Both the position numbers and the translations under genes were made by a program. A DNA stretch of 64,000 nucleotides from Candidatus Aenigmatarchaeota archaeon (GTDB lineage Archaea > Aenigmatarchaeota > Aenigmatarchaeia > CG10238-14 > SpSt-28): assembly GCA_032249395.1 (NCBI GenBank), contig JAVVFY010000001.1, positions 825 through 64,824 on the forward strand, read 5' to 3'. The notes below the pieces were generated by a model. It was not told the origin of the DNA, searched no databases, and worked only from the letters and a program-made list of their open reading frames with translations. Of the stretch, positions 37,884 through 48,400 are shown piece by piece (positions within the stretch are counted from its first letter, which is position 1; each line of letters opens with the position of its first letter).

Positions 37884-38984
37884 ATGAAAACCAGCAAAAA
37901 CAAAATCCTGATATTGAATGTAGAAGCGAGCAATGTACTACCATTTACATGGTATTACAGAAGGAAGGGATATATTGTTATTGGTGGTAGTAATTTAGCA
38001 ATTCCCTCGATTTTTTTTTCAAAGTCGCTTGCCTATAGGATATATATACCTTATTCAAACATAGGAAAAATAGAGGTTCAAGAAAGAGGTAAAGAAAGAA
38101 CTTTTATAAGTAAAATTAAAAAGGTTTGTGAAAAGTATGGAATATCATTAGTTTTGAGTTTTTATGAGAATACAACCAAGCCGCTTATTAAATATAAAAA
38201 GGAGTTAAAAATTAAGGATGTTTACCCCTCATATAAATCTTACCTTACATTATATGACAAAAACATTTTAAAGAAGCATTTGGAAAGCGAAAATTTTAAG
38301 TCTTTCTATGTGCCTAAATCCTACGAGAAGATAATTAAATTTCCATGTATTATTAAACCTAATATAGGATGTGGTGGCGAATATGTTAGAGTATGCACAA
38401 ACTTTTCTGAACTTAAAAAATACTCTAGAATGATTAGATTAGCTAGAAAAAAGCCAATAATAGAAGAGTATATACCATTTCAAGATGGAATAGCAATGAA
38501 TTTACTGATTGATAAAAAGTTTGAGATAAAAAGGGCTGTAGTAAGAGAAGTAGTTTCACGTAATAAGTTAATAAATGTTATTAATGAGTTAGGGGGGTTT
38601 TTTAAGAAAATAAAATACTTTGGATTAGCATCTCCTCAGTTTCTTATTAAGGATGGTAAATTATACTTGATAGAGATTAATCCCAGACTTACTTACGTTC
38701 CGTTTGGTATAGATTTTGGTGTAAATTTTCCTGAAAGTTTTCATGAGGCAATCGTAGAAAACAAGAATATAGAAGAAAAATTTGTTTTTATACCTAAAAA
38801 TTATCCACGCGGGAAGATTTTATATTTGTGGAGAATTTATAAAGGCACGTATAAAGAAATCTCACCAATTTTTCTACAATGTTTTACGCACTTTAAATGG
38901 GAAATTGAAAACAAGATTAGATCTCTAGTGTCTCCAGAACATAGAAAATGGCTAAAAATTTTTCACCCCAAGCTAAAATTATAG
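37884..38984 (+). CDS. ATP-grasp domain protein
   Basis: CIIKPNIGCGGEYVRVC...IIEEYIPF...LYLIEINPRL. Confidence 0.6.
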   Translation: MKTSKNKILILNVEASNVLPFTWYYRRKGYIVIGGSNLAIPSIFFSKSLAYRIYIPYSNIGKIEVQERGKERTFISKIKKVCEKYGISLVLSFYENTTKPLIKYKKELKIKDVYPSYKSYLTLYDKNILKKHLESENFKSFYVPKSYEKIIKFPCIIKPNIGCGGEYVRVCTNFSELKKYSRMIRLARKKPIIEEYIPFQDGIAMNLLIDKKFEIKRAVVREVVSRNKLINVINELGGFFKKIKYFGLASPQFLIKDGKLYLIEINPRLTYVPFGIDFGVNFPESFHEAIVENKNIEEKFVFIPKNYPRGKILYLWRIYKGTYKEISPIFLQCFTHFKWEIENKIRSLVSPEHRKWLKIFHPKLKL

Positions 38985-39034
38985 AATAAAAACCCAAAAC
39001 CAGGGTATCCAAAAATTATTGGCGAGGGCTGATA

Positions 39035-39809
39035 ATGTTAATTATAGGGCTTGGATGGTCTCCAATAATTAACGATACAAGATTGTTAATCAGAACTATT
39101 AAAAGTTTTATCTCCGAGCCAAAAAGACCTAAGCAAAAGGGAAGGAAACCAAAAAAGCTTAAGGAATACTTAAGCTTGATAGTTGCTAAGGAAGCTAGGA
39201 AAGCGTTGCTTAGATATGCAGAATCTAGTTTATAGAATTAGTATGCAATGAAAGGGTTCCTAAATCAACGATAGCTTATTGGGAAAGCTCGGTTTGATTC
39301 TAGCTTAATAGAAAGAATTGTTATGGCTTTAGGAAGAAAGGTCAAGCAGTTGCTTGGATATATCTCTTCAATCCTAGATTCAACGAAGTTTACAAGCTGA
39401 AATAAAAGTTTGGTTGAATTTCATTTGCTAATTAGGAAAGCTGCAAATACAGTTTATCCAGTACCAATAGCTTTTGGCTCAAGCTTTCTAGCTCCATTAA
39501 GAGCTACCGCATGGTACGATAATAACATCATACTTAAGGCAATGGTCAAAGCAGGCTATTTACCTCTAGTAAAACCAAACAAAGTAAGAGGTAGAAAGAA
39601 CTTACATGAGAATTACTTACTTATTTTATAATGTTTTATAATGAATTTTTAGGCACGCTTCACCCAACCGAAAACTTTATAAAGCATAAATCTAAAATTA
39701 CATTATGAATGTAATTGAAAGATTGTTCCTAAGATTGGTGAAAAGCCTTGAAAATATTAGAAAGCCAATGCGTACATGGATCAGTCCTTCCGAGGAACCA
39801 AAGATGTAG
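39035..39809 (+). mobile_element. Degraded DDE transposase / IS remnant (IS4/IS5-like)
   Basis: Fragments lie in three frames separated by stops: ...KRPKQKGRKPKKLKEYLSLIVAKEA..., ERVPKSTIAYWE, ILDSTKFTS*, VEFHLLIRK...AWYDNNIILKAMVKAGYLPLVKPNKVRGRK and NVIERLFLRLVKSLENIRK. These are D, D and E-region-like motifs. I could not identify terminal inverted repeats. Confidence 0.5.
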
Positions 39810-39886
39810 TTTTTTATCTCTTTAATTTAAGAGAGACATTAAGTAAGTGATTAATTTAGTTATTTGTAAACGTGTAGATATAAGAT

Positions 39887-40813
39887 ATGAATAAGGTTTT
39901 CATTAGTGGTGTTGCAGGTTTTGTGGGGAGTCACTTAACCGAATCACTCTTAGACTATTTCGAAGTTATAGGAATAGATAATTTACTCAACGGAAAATTG
40001 ACTAATCTCAAAAACTTCATTCTTAAGAAAGAGTTCAACTTTCTGAGGAAAGATGTAAAATTTTTAAGAGACGAGAATTTACCTTCAAATATAAAAATTG
40101 TATACCATTTAGCAGTTAATCATAATTCTACATATACTTCTTATATAGATAACATTCAAACAACAAAGAAAATGTTAGAAATTGCAAGAAAAAAAGATGC
40201 AGAAAAATTTGTCTTTATGAGTAGTACCAAAGCAATGGGTCTAATAGCTTCTAAAAAACCTCTAGATGAATCAACTCCATGTAAACCATATGAGTGGTAC
40301 GGAAAAAGTAAACTTGAATGCGAAAGGCTTGTTAAAGATTTTTGTGAGACTTATGGAATAAAATATTATATATTTCGACCACCTAGAATTTTCGGTCCTA
40401 GAGATTGGCAAAAAACTTTTGCTGATTTTTCTACTTTAATTTTAAGGGCGAATATTCTTCCGCTCTCTCCAATTAAAATTAATCTTATTTATGTGAAGAA
40501 TTTAGTAGAGACTTTGTATCTAGTTTCAAAGAGGAATGCAAAATCAGGAGTTTATATTGTTTCTGATGGGGCTTATTCTATTTCTCAAATCTCACTTACA
40601 ATAGCAAAAATTCTTGGAAAGAGAAATGCACGAAAAATAAAAATACCTAGTTCGATTTTCACTATTTATTCTATATTTACAGGTTCTTTCACTCATGCAA
40701 GAAGAGGGATAGTGTATTCGTCAAAAAAATTCCGCAAAGAATTCAATTTTAAACCCCCATATACTTTTTATCGAGGAATGAAAGAAACATTAATTTATTT
40801 TGGTATAAAATAA
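39887..40813 (+). CDS. NAD-dependent sugar epimerase/dehydratase (extended SDR)
   Basis: FISGVAGFVGSHL (Rossmann fold), SSTKAMG and YGKSKLECE (YxxxK). Confidence 0.85.
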   Translation: MNKVFISGVAGFVGSHLTESLLDYFEVIGIDNLLNGKLTNLKNFILKKEFNFLRKDVKFLRDENLPSNIKIVYHLAVNHNSTYTSYIDNIQTTKKMLEIARKKDAEKFVFMSSTKAMGLIASKKPLDESTPCKPYEWYGKSKLECERLVKDFCETYGIKYYIFRPPRIFGPRDWQKTFADFSTLILRANILPLSPIKINLIYVKNLVETLYLVSKRNAKSGVYIVSDGAYSISQISLTIAKILGKRNARKIKIPSSIFTIYSIFTGSFTHARRGIVYSSKKFRKEFNFKPPYTFYRGMKETLIYFGIK

Positions 40814-40815
40814 AT

Positions 40816-41889
40816 ATGGAAAAAGTTATTTTTGATCTATTATCAACTTTCCAGTTTTTCAAATATCTGTTAGGTTATAACCTTTTTGTAAAGCTTGGAT
40901 GGCCTAAAATTTTGCCTTCTTTCTTAACATTCTCTGTTAACAATTACTGCAATCAACTTTGTAAAACTTGCAACATATGGAAGAATAATCCAATTGAAGA
41001 AAAGAAAAAAGAATTGAAATTAAACGAAATAGAAAGAATTTTTTCACAATTTCCTAAAATTTTCTGGCTTACTATTACTGGTGGAGAACCTTTTCTTCGT
41101 AGAGATTTAGTAGAAATAGTAAAAATAGCTTATGAAAAAAGCAAAGTTAATGTATTAACTATAACTACAAATGGTTCATTGCCAGATATAATAGAGAAAG
41201 ATGTAAAAGAAATTCTCATGAAGTGTAAAAATCTCACAATAATAGTCAATGTTTCAATTGATGGTGATAGAGAATTACACGACAAAATAAGAGGTATTAA
41301 AGGAAGTTTTGACAAAGCTGTTGAAACAATTGAAAAATTAAAGAAAATAAAAAGTCGAAGATTGATAGTAGGAATAAACAGTGTAATCTCAATTTTTAAT
41401 GTTGGTAAATTATACAATTTACTGAATGTTATTAGAAAACTTTCTCCAGATTCTTTTGCTTTTTGTGTAGCTCAAAACCGTGAAAAACTTTTCAATCTAG
41501 ATTTAAATATTTCCCCTTCTGTTAGCATAATAAGGAAAAACCTTTTATATTTAGTTAGATATTCCTTAGAAAAAAGAAAAGGCGTAATAGGCACGATAAA
41601 GAATTTTCTAAGATTAAGGTTTTACCGATATATTTTAAATCCAAGTTTAATGAATAATAAGCCAAATTTTGAAGGTATAGCAACGGTTTACCTTCTAAGC
41701 GACGGTAGATTAACTTTTAGCGAGATTTCTCTTCTTGAAGTAGGAAATTTAAGATACCATAAGTTTACTCTTCCAAAGCTGCTCTTTTCCAAAATAGCTA
41801 ATAAATACAGAAAATACGTAAATTCTGTTGAATATAAAAAGAGAATGATGGAAAATCCATTTATTGTCAATCAACTAATAAGTTTCTAG
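40816..41889 (+). CDS. Radical SAM protein
   Basis: NNYCNQLCKTCNIW (CxxxCxxC) and ITGGEPFLRRD. Confidence 0.75.
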   Translation: MEKVIFDLLSTFQFFKYLLGYNLFVKLGWPKILPSFLTFSVNNYCNQLCKTCNIWKNNPIEEKKKELKLNEIERIFSQFPKIFWLTITGGEPFLRRDLVEIVKIAYEKSKVNVLTITTNGSLPDIIEKDVKEILMKCKNLTIIVNVSIDGDRELHDKIRGIKGSFDKAVETIEKLKKIKSRRLIVGINSVISIFNVGKLYNLLNVIRKLSPDSFAFCVAQNREKLFNLDLNISPSVSIIRKNLLYLVRYSLEKRKGVIGTIKNFLRLRFYRYILNPSLMNNKPNFEGIATVYLLSDGRLTFSEISLLEVGNLRYHKFTLPKLLFSKIANKYRKYVNSVEYKKRMMENPFIVNQLISF

Positions 41890-41930
41890 AAAAAAGAAAA
41901 ATACTTAAATACCCAATTTAAACTATTTCT

Positions 41931-42629
41931 ATGAACAGACAATGGTTGTTCGTTAGCATTGGTTTATTTCTTCTAATAGTAGCTGTAGTAGCCTTCCTTT
42001 CAACTCGACAACCATCTTCTTTACAACCCTATTTTATCATTACATCACTATCTTCCAAGCCAACTTTGTTAGGTACTTACATAAAAAATCCTGATATAAT
42101 TCATAGTGCTGCAGGTTTTCTTTCGTTAAGCGAAGGAGTGTCGCCAAACGATCTTCTTCCCACATCGTCAGATTGGAAAGGGACGGCCTTTGTAGGCTAT
42201 AGTATTAGAGAATTGGGAGGAAGAAATGGCGTTGCTATTATCCATCCTGTGACTTCAACAATTGGTAGATATATAGAACAAGAGACCTACTTACCATCAG
42301 GAAAATATAAACTAGTTTTTGGAATAGCAAATGTAGCTGATATATTTCCTCCTGACGTTCTACAAGCAGGCATTGGTGGTTTTGTTGGTGATTGTGCAGA
42401 CGTTGGCATAAAAGTAATAGTGACAGACTTAGAAAAAGGAAAGGACTACATTATTTTTGACAAAGTTATTAGAAATGGAAGGTGGTACGATTATTCAGTT
42501 GATTTATCCTCCTACTTTTCGAATAAGAGAATTAAAGTAAGAGCAGAAAGCTACGCAGCAGATAAAGGATGCGGACTCTGGAACGGTGAGTGGGCAGCGG
42601 TTGATTATATAGACATTCAACCTTATTAG
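41931..42629 (+). CDS. Signal-anchored extracytoplasmic protein, unknown function
   Basis: N-terminal TM helix MNRQWLFVSIGLFLLIVAVVAFL. By eye it is richer in G, A, V and D and poorer in Lys than its neighbours. Confidence 0.5.
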   Translation: MNRQWLFVSIGLFLLIVAVVAFLSTRQPSSLQPYFIITSLSSKPTLLGTYIKNPDIIHSAAGFLSLSEGVSPNDLLPTSSDWKGTAFVGYSIRELGGRNGVAIIHPVTSTIGRYIEQETYLPSGKYKLVFGIANVADIFPPDVLQAGIGGFVGDCADVGIKVIVTDLEKGKDYIIFDKVIRNGRWYDYSVDLSSYFSNKRIKVRAESYAADKGCGLWNGEWAAVDYIDIQPY

Positions 42630-42745
42630 TCTTTCCCACTTTTCTCATATCTTTTGAATCCGTTTAACATAAGATAAGATGATAAAAAATTTACGGTAAG
42701 TTTTAAATAAAAATAGTTTTAAAAACGTTGTAGCGCATTTAGGAT

Positions 42746-43871
42746 ATGAAAAGAAAAGTAGTGATTTCAGGGTGGTACGGAATTCCAAATATGGGTGCTG
42801 AAGCAATTTTACAACAAACTATATTTTTTAAAAAACTACTTCCAGGAAATTACGGTATTCTCATGGGATCCCGAATACACTATGAGATTTCATCATGTCA
42901 AAAGTATTTCACACTTTTCTCCTATAGAAGTTATAAGAGAAATAAAAACTTCAGATACATTTGTTGTAGGAGGAGAATTAATTGATGATTCAGGCGGAGG
43001 ATTAACTTTTCGGTTGAGTAAACCGTTCATTTCAAAAATACTAGGTAAGAAAGTAATAATTTCTGCAGTTTCTGCTAAGCCTATAAAATTTGAGGTTAGA
43101 AAATTTTTGCTTCGGAAGATACTTAGTAAATTTGAATTAATAACACTTCGTGACAAATTTTCCTACTTATATTTTAAGAAGTTAGGATTAAAAAATATTC
43201 ACTTAGTTTCAGACCCAGCTGCTCTTATTAAATCAGCTCCAACTAGCGATATTGAAAGAATATTTAAAAAATATGAAATTAAGAAAAATAAGCGAATTAT
43301 TTCTGTTTGTTTGCACCCCCAATTTCAACAAAAAAGAGGATGGTCTGTTAGAAAAATTTATAATGAGGAGATATTACTAGAAGCTTTGCCAGAAGCTTTT
43401 GATAATTTAATTGATAAAGGTTTTCAATTGATTTTTATTCCTACACAAATTTCTCGTGTAGGAGATGATAGGATTCTAGCATATAAGATACGTAAAAAAA
43501 TGAAGTATAAAGATAGTTTTAAAATAATTGAAGAGTTGTATTCTCCTGAGGAGATTAAAGGAATAATAAAACAAAGCGAGTTGCTTTTAAGTATGAAGTT
43601 TCATCCATTAGTATTTGCTATTTCCGAAGGTATCCCAACAATAGCTATAACTTGCGAAAATCTATCCAGAGTTAAAAATTTTCATAAGGAGATGAACTTA
43701 GATCGATTTACACTTAATTTAGATGAGTTAACATCGAAAATGATAATAAAAAAAGTAGAAGATCTAGTTTTGTTTAAAAGCAAAATTAAAAGTATTATAC
43801 AACTAAATGCAGAAAAATTGAAAAAAAGAGCACAAAAGAATTTTAAGTTAATCGAGAAGTATATTGCTTGA
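42746..43871 (+). pseudogene. Polysaccharide pyruvyl transferase (CsaB-like), frameshifted near the 5' end
   Basis: The N-terminus MKRKVVISGWYGIPNMGAEAILQQTIFFKK is in one frame. The rest (...EITVFSWDPEYT...FVVGGELIDDSGG...KFHPLVFAISEGIPTIAI) is in another. The switch falls at the T6A6 run near 42832-42845. Confidence 0.7.
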
Positions 43872-44118
43872 TACTAGAACTTTCTATCCCAATCTATAAA
43901 ACTATTTTTAGCTTTTGTCAAAGTAAAGAAGTTTTTCCTAATATCCACAGGATTCTTTATGATTATAATTTATATCAACAATCATGCTTAAAAACTAATG
44001 TATCTAGTGAAAAAGGTAGAGTTTAAGTCGATAAAATTATTAAATAATGCCAGAATTTCTATTTAACCCAAAAAGTATTTTCTTAGAGGCACTACCGTAA
44101 CTATGAAAATTATAGACA

Positions 44119-45381
44119 TCAAACCTTGCTAGTTTTTTCTACTAAAATACACTTTCCTGTTTTTTCGTTTTTCATTACATCCTTCGAAAAAACAACATTT
44201 ATTTCTTTGAAGTATCTTTTAAGCGGTTTAATATCAGGATAGCCAGATTCTTTCCAAGGGACAACTACTAACCTTGCTTTTAATTGATTATCAAAAAATA
44301 ATTGGCATTTCCAAAAATCTTTGCAAATATTAACTAACAACTCCATAAGCTTTTTTTGAGTAACTTTTTTGCTAATAGAGTGTTGTTTTCTTCCTTCTAT
44401 GCTTTTTATTCTTATTGGATAGGCAATTTCACATTTGCCATTACTTTTAATTGCATAATCTTCTTGTCTATATCTTACAAGAGGCATTGCTTTATTCAAC
44501 AGAGAAGTTATAACAACCTCGCCAGTCTCATTTTCCTTAACTTCATTTCCATTCTCATCTAAAATCTCAACAATCAAAGCATCTTCAGGTACATGATAGC
44601 CTAATTTATACTTACACTCGAATGCTATTCTATTAAACTCATTAGATCCGTATTCATCATGAACTGGAGCATCAAATGCTTCTTCTATTGTTTTCCTCAT
44701 AGTTTCTGTCAAGATTTCAGCATGAGTAATTATTATCTTAGGCTTAAAATTTAATCTGATGTTATTATGTAGAATATACTTTGCAATGAAAAAAAGTTGA
44801 GAGGGATAATAATATATATATTCAGGCTTTATTTTCTGCATAAATTCTAGTTGCTTTAATTCATTCCAATGGATTGGAACAAAAATTTTCTTAAAATATC
44901 CAAAAATTTTAGAATACCATTTATTTTCTCTCATTGACCACCAATAGTAGAGAAGAGGCTTAAAAGGATTATATCCTGCATATACAAGAGCATTTGCATA
45001 TACCGCATCGAGATAGGTTTTTGTTGGAATATCAAAATAAACTCTTAAAGGTTTTCCCGTGCTTCCAGAGGTTTGTCTAAAAAATAAAAACTGGAAGTTT
45101 AGTTGGTCAACAAACCCTTTGTACTCTCGTGAAATAAAAGAATGATAATTTTTCTTAATGGTTTTTTTATCAATTATTGGTAATTTTTTTAAATCCTCTT
45201 CGTCTTTAATATTGCTTGGAGATAAGTTTAGTTTTTTCCAAAGTTTTCGATAGAAGGGAACATTTTCATAAGCATATTTTACTATTTCTTTTAATCTTTC
45301 TTTTTTTAAATCCTTTACTTTTTTTTCATCAATTTTTTTTAGAGAAATATACCAATATAATTTGTAAAAATTCTCAAGCAT
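44119..45381 (-). CDS. Adenylate-forming enzyme, phenylacetate-CoA ligase / CapK / F390-synthetase family
   Basis: FRQTSGSTGKPLRVYF (AMP-binding P-loop), YGSNEF, and the general CapK-like length and layout. Confidence 0.75.
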   Translation of the reverse strand: MLENFYKLYWYISLKKIDEKKVKDLKKERLKEIVKYAYENVPFYRKLWKKLNLSPSNIKDEEDLKKLPIIDKKTIKKNYHSFISREYKGFVDQLNFQFLFFRQTSGSTGKPLRVYFDIPTKTYLDAVYANALVYAGYNPFKPLLYYWWSMRENKWYSKIFGYFKKIFVPIHWNELKQLEFMQKIKPEYIYYYPSQLFFIAKYILHNNIRLNFKPKIIITHAEILTETMRKTIEEAFDAPVHDEYGSNEFNRIAFECKYKLGYHVPEDALIVEILDENGNEVKENETGEVVITSLLNKAMPLVRYRQEDYAIKSNGKCEIAYPIRIKSIEGRKQHSISKKVTQKKLMELLVNICKDFWKCQLFFDNQLKARLVVVPWKESGYPDIKPLKRYFKEINVVFSKDVMKNEKTGKCILVEKTSKV

Positions 45382-45460
45382 TTTATGTATAGTAATTCTA
45401 AATATAAAAAGATTTTAGATAATTTTACAATTTTTATCCTTTGAAAAAATAACACAATTA

Positions 45461-48400
45461 ATGGGATTTTTGAAAGTCGAGGAGTTGAAAATTTTCCTCA
45501 CTTTTTTTATTCTCTACTCTTTATTTATACATTGGGTAGGATGGAATGAAGATACTCGACTTTTAACAGCAATTTCTATAATAGAAAAAAATACTTTTGA
45601 TATAAACACTTATGCAAATTTCACAGGCGATAGAATATTAGTTAATGGAAAGTATTACTCTGATAAGGCTCCAGGAATTTCTCTCTTTTTATCATCGATT
45701 TATTTCATTTTTAAAACTTATTTTGGAGAGCAGTTTGGCACGAACAAATATGTTTTAGTTCCACAACCACAATTCAATACAACAGTTTACTTTATATATG
45801 ACAACATAGAAAAGAGCGTTTTAATGACAATGATTTTTGGTGTAATTCTCCTTTCCTCTCTAGTTGGAGCACTTTCTGTAGTTTTATTTAGAAGGATTCT
45901 TCTTTTATACTTTAGTAAAAAAACATCTTTATTACTTTCCATTGTTTTTGAATTATCCTTAGTTTTTCCCTATTCAACAGTTTTGATGGGAGCCTCATTT
46001 TCTCTTTTCTTACTTCTTTTGTCATTTTATATTCTTCAAAAAGATTATAAACAAAAGTATGTTATAGGGGGAATTTTACTTGGCTTATCATTTCTTATTG
46101 ATTATACTTCAATACTGGTTGCAGTTCCTTTGATTTTCTTCATTTGGAATAAGACATCGATAATCGAAAGAATAAAGTTTTTTCTATCCTTCGCATTAGG
46201 AGTATTGTCACTTTTTATTTATTCTTTCTCTATTTTCAATAACCCCATTGGTTTTTTCATTTATTATAATTTTATAGATCCAAGTATATATCCCTGTACA
46301 TACGGTAAAAAATACTTTGAATTTTGTCCAGAACCTCTTCTCTTATCACTTAAATCTCTTCCTGATATTAGTGTAGAATGGATTCTCAAAATATTACACT
46401 TGCTTATATTTCCGTATCGTGGAATTATTTTTTATAACCCATTTTTAATATTTTTCATTGTAAGCTTGTTTTTTGTCTTTAAAAGAAATAAGCAAATTTT
46501 TTATCTTTCTTTCTTTACATTTCTTTTATCCGTGCTTTCTATTTCTTTACATGGATACTGGTTTGGTGGTTCAAGTTTCGGTCCAAGGTATTTAGTAAAT
46601 TCTTTACCTCTAATGGTTATTCCTATTGGTTATCTTTTGGAAGATGAGAAATTTAAAAGAAGCAAGATTTTAATAGGTCTCTTTTCTTTGTCTATTCTAA
46701 TTTCAACTTTTCATACGTTTCTTTCAACAGCTGCTAATTGGGAGGGAGTGATAGTTGTTTTTACAAAAACCAGCGCATATTTATATGCCGACTGGTATGA
46801 AAAGTCATTTTTTGCTAAAAAATTCAGAGAACTGAATCCTCTTTACCAACATTATTTGCCAGCTTTTCTAGATAATGGTCCAAGAAGCAGAATTCTAGAG
46901 TTTTTGTTGGCCGGAGAAATACCAGATATAAGAGATTTTAAAGTAATGCCAAAGAAAGAAATAAAATTATTTACTCTAGAAAATTTTGGAATTTTGACTC
47001 TTCGCATTCCATTTGTTGTTATACCAATTTTACTTTCAATACTTCTTTTAATCTGGCACAAAGAGCTTTCTAGTTTTAAAGTTCTAAATTTAAGATTGGA
47101 CATTTTATTGCTATTAATAATAATTATTATTTCTCTTTCCAGGATTGAATTTAAATACTTAGCTTTTGGTAAAGGATGGTTGCCTCAAGGCACAAATGAA
47201 ACTGCTATATGGAGTAGCAAAAACGGAGAAATATACATTTTCTCCCCAATTGAGAGAGACGTGATAATAAATATTTCGGTTGTTAATTACAGGGGCAAAA
47301 CTTTAGAATTGTATATGAATGAAAATATTATAGGTAGTTATGTATCTCCAGAGAATATTGTTGAAACAGTTAAGTTTAAAAAAGGCGAAAATAAGCTGTT
47401 GCTTCTCTCAAAAGAAGATTGTGAGATTCCTCTCTATGTTGAAAATCAATTGATATGTTCTAATTTATTAGAATGTATGAAGTTGAATACAACACCCTTT
47501 AATCTTAGTTTTGATGCAAGATGCTTGAGCTTTGGAGTAAAAAACATTTCAGTTATTCCTTTAGAAACTCTTTTAACTGGAGACATAAAAGTTGTATACG
47601 GTAGCGGTTTTTATACTCCAGAAAAATATGGAAGATGGATGAGCAATAATTCGGTATTGTACATTTATTTTCCTCAAACAAGAATAGCATTTCTAAACAT
47701 TTCATTCGATGGATATCAAAATGTTAATGTTTCTGCCTTTTTAAACAATAAATTTATTGGACGATTTTATGCTCAAACATTCTTTGAAAAAGTTGTTTTG
47801 AAAAAAGGAATAAACGAGCTAAAATTTATTTCCGATTCATGCGTAGTTCCTGCATATATCTCAAATGGCTCGAATGATTATAGATGTTTAACTAAAGTTC
47901 TAAGAAACATTACAATTGTTTACGAGAATGATTTGAAACCAGGAATTTATTTTGGAAGCAATTGGTACGATGATTATTGGATGTCCATGAATGCAAGCTT
48001 TTACATATATTCTGATAAATATGAAAATGTATTTTTGAATGTTTCTCTATCTACATATAAAAACATAACATTTGTTCTTTTACTTAATAAAAAGAGAATA
48101 GGAGAATTTCAAGGGTATAGAGTTTTCGAGCCGATAGAACTTAATAAGGGATTAAATAGACTAACAATCATTTCAAATGACTGCTACATTCCAGCCTTTG
48201 AAGAAAAAAATTCAAGTGATTTAAGATGTCTAAGTTTGGCAGTAAAAAACATAAGTCTGATTGATATGGCTAAACTTAGAAAACCAGGAGTTTATTTTGG
48301 AAGCGGTTGGTATGATGAAGAAAAATACGGTGGAAGATGGGCATCTAAAAAATCGACACTTTACATCTATTCTGATGAAGAAAAAACCGTTTTCTTTAGT

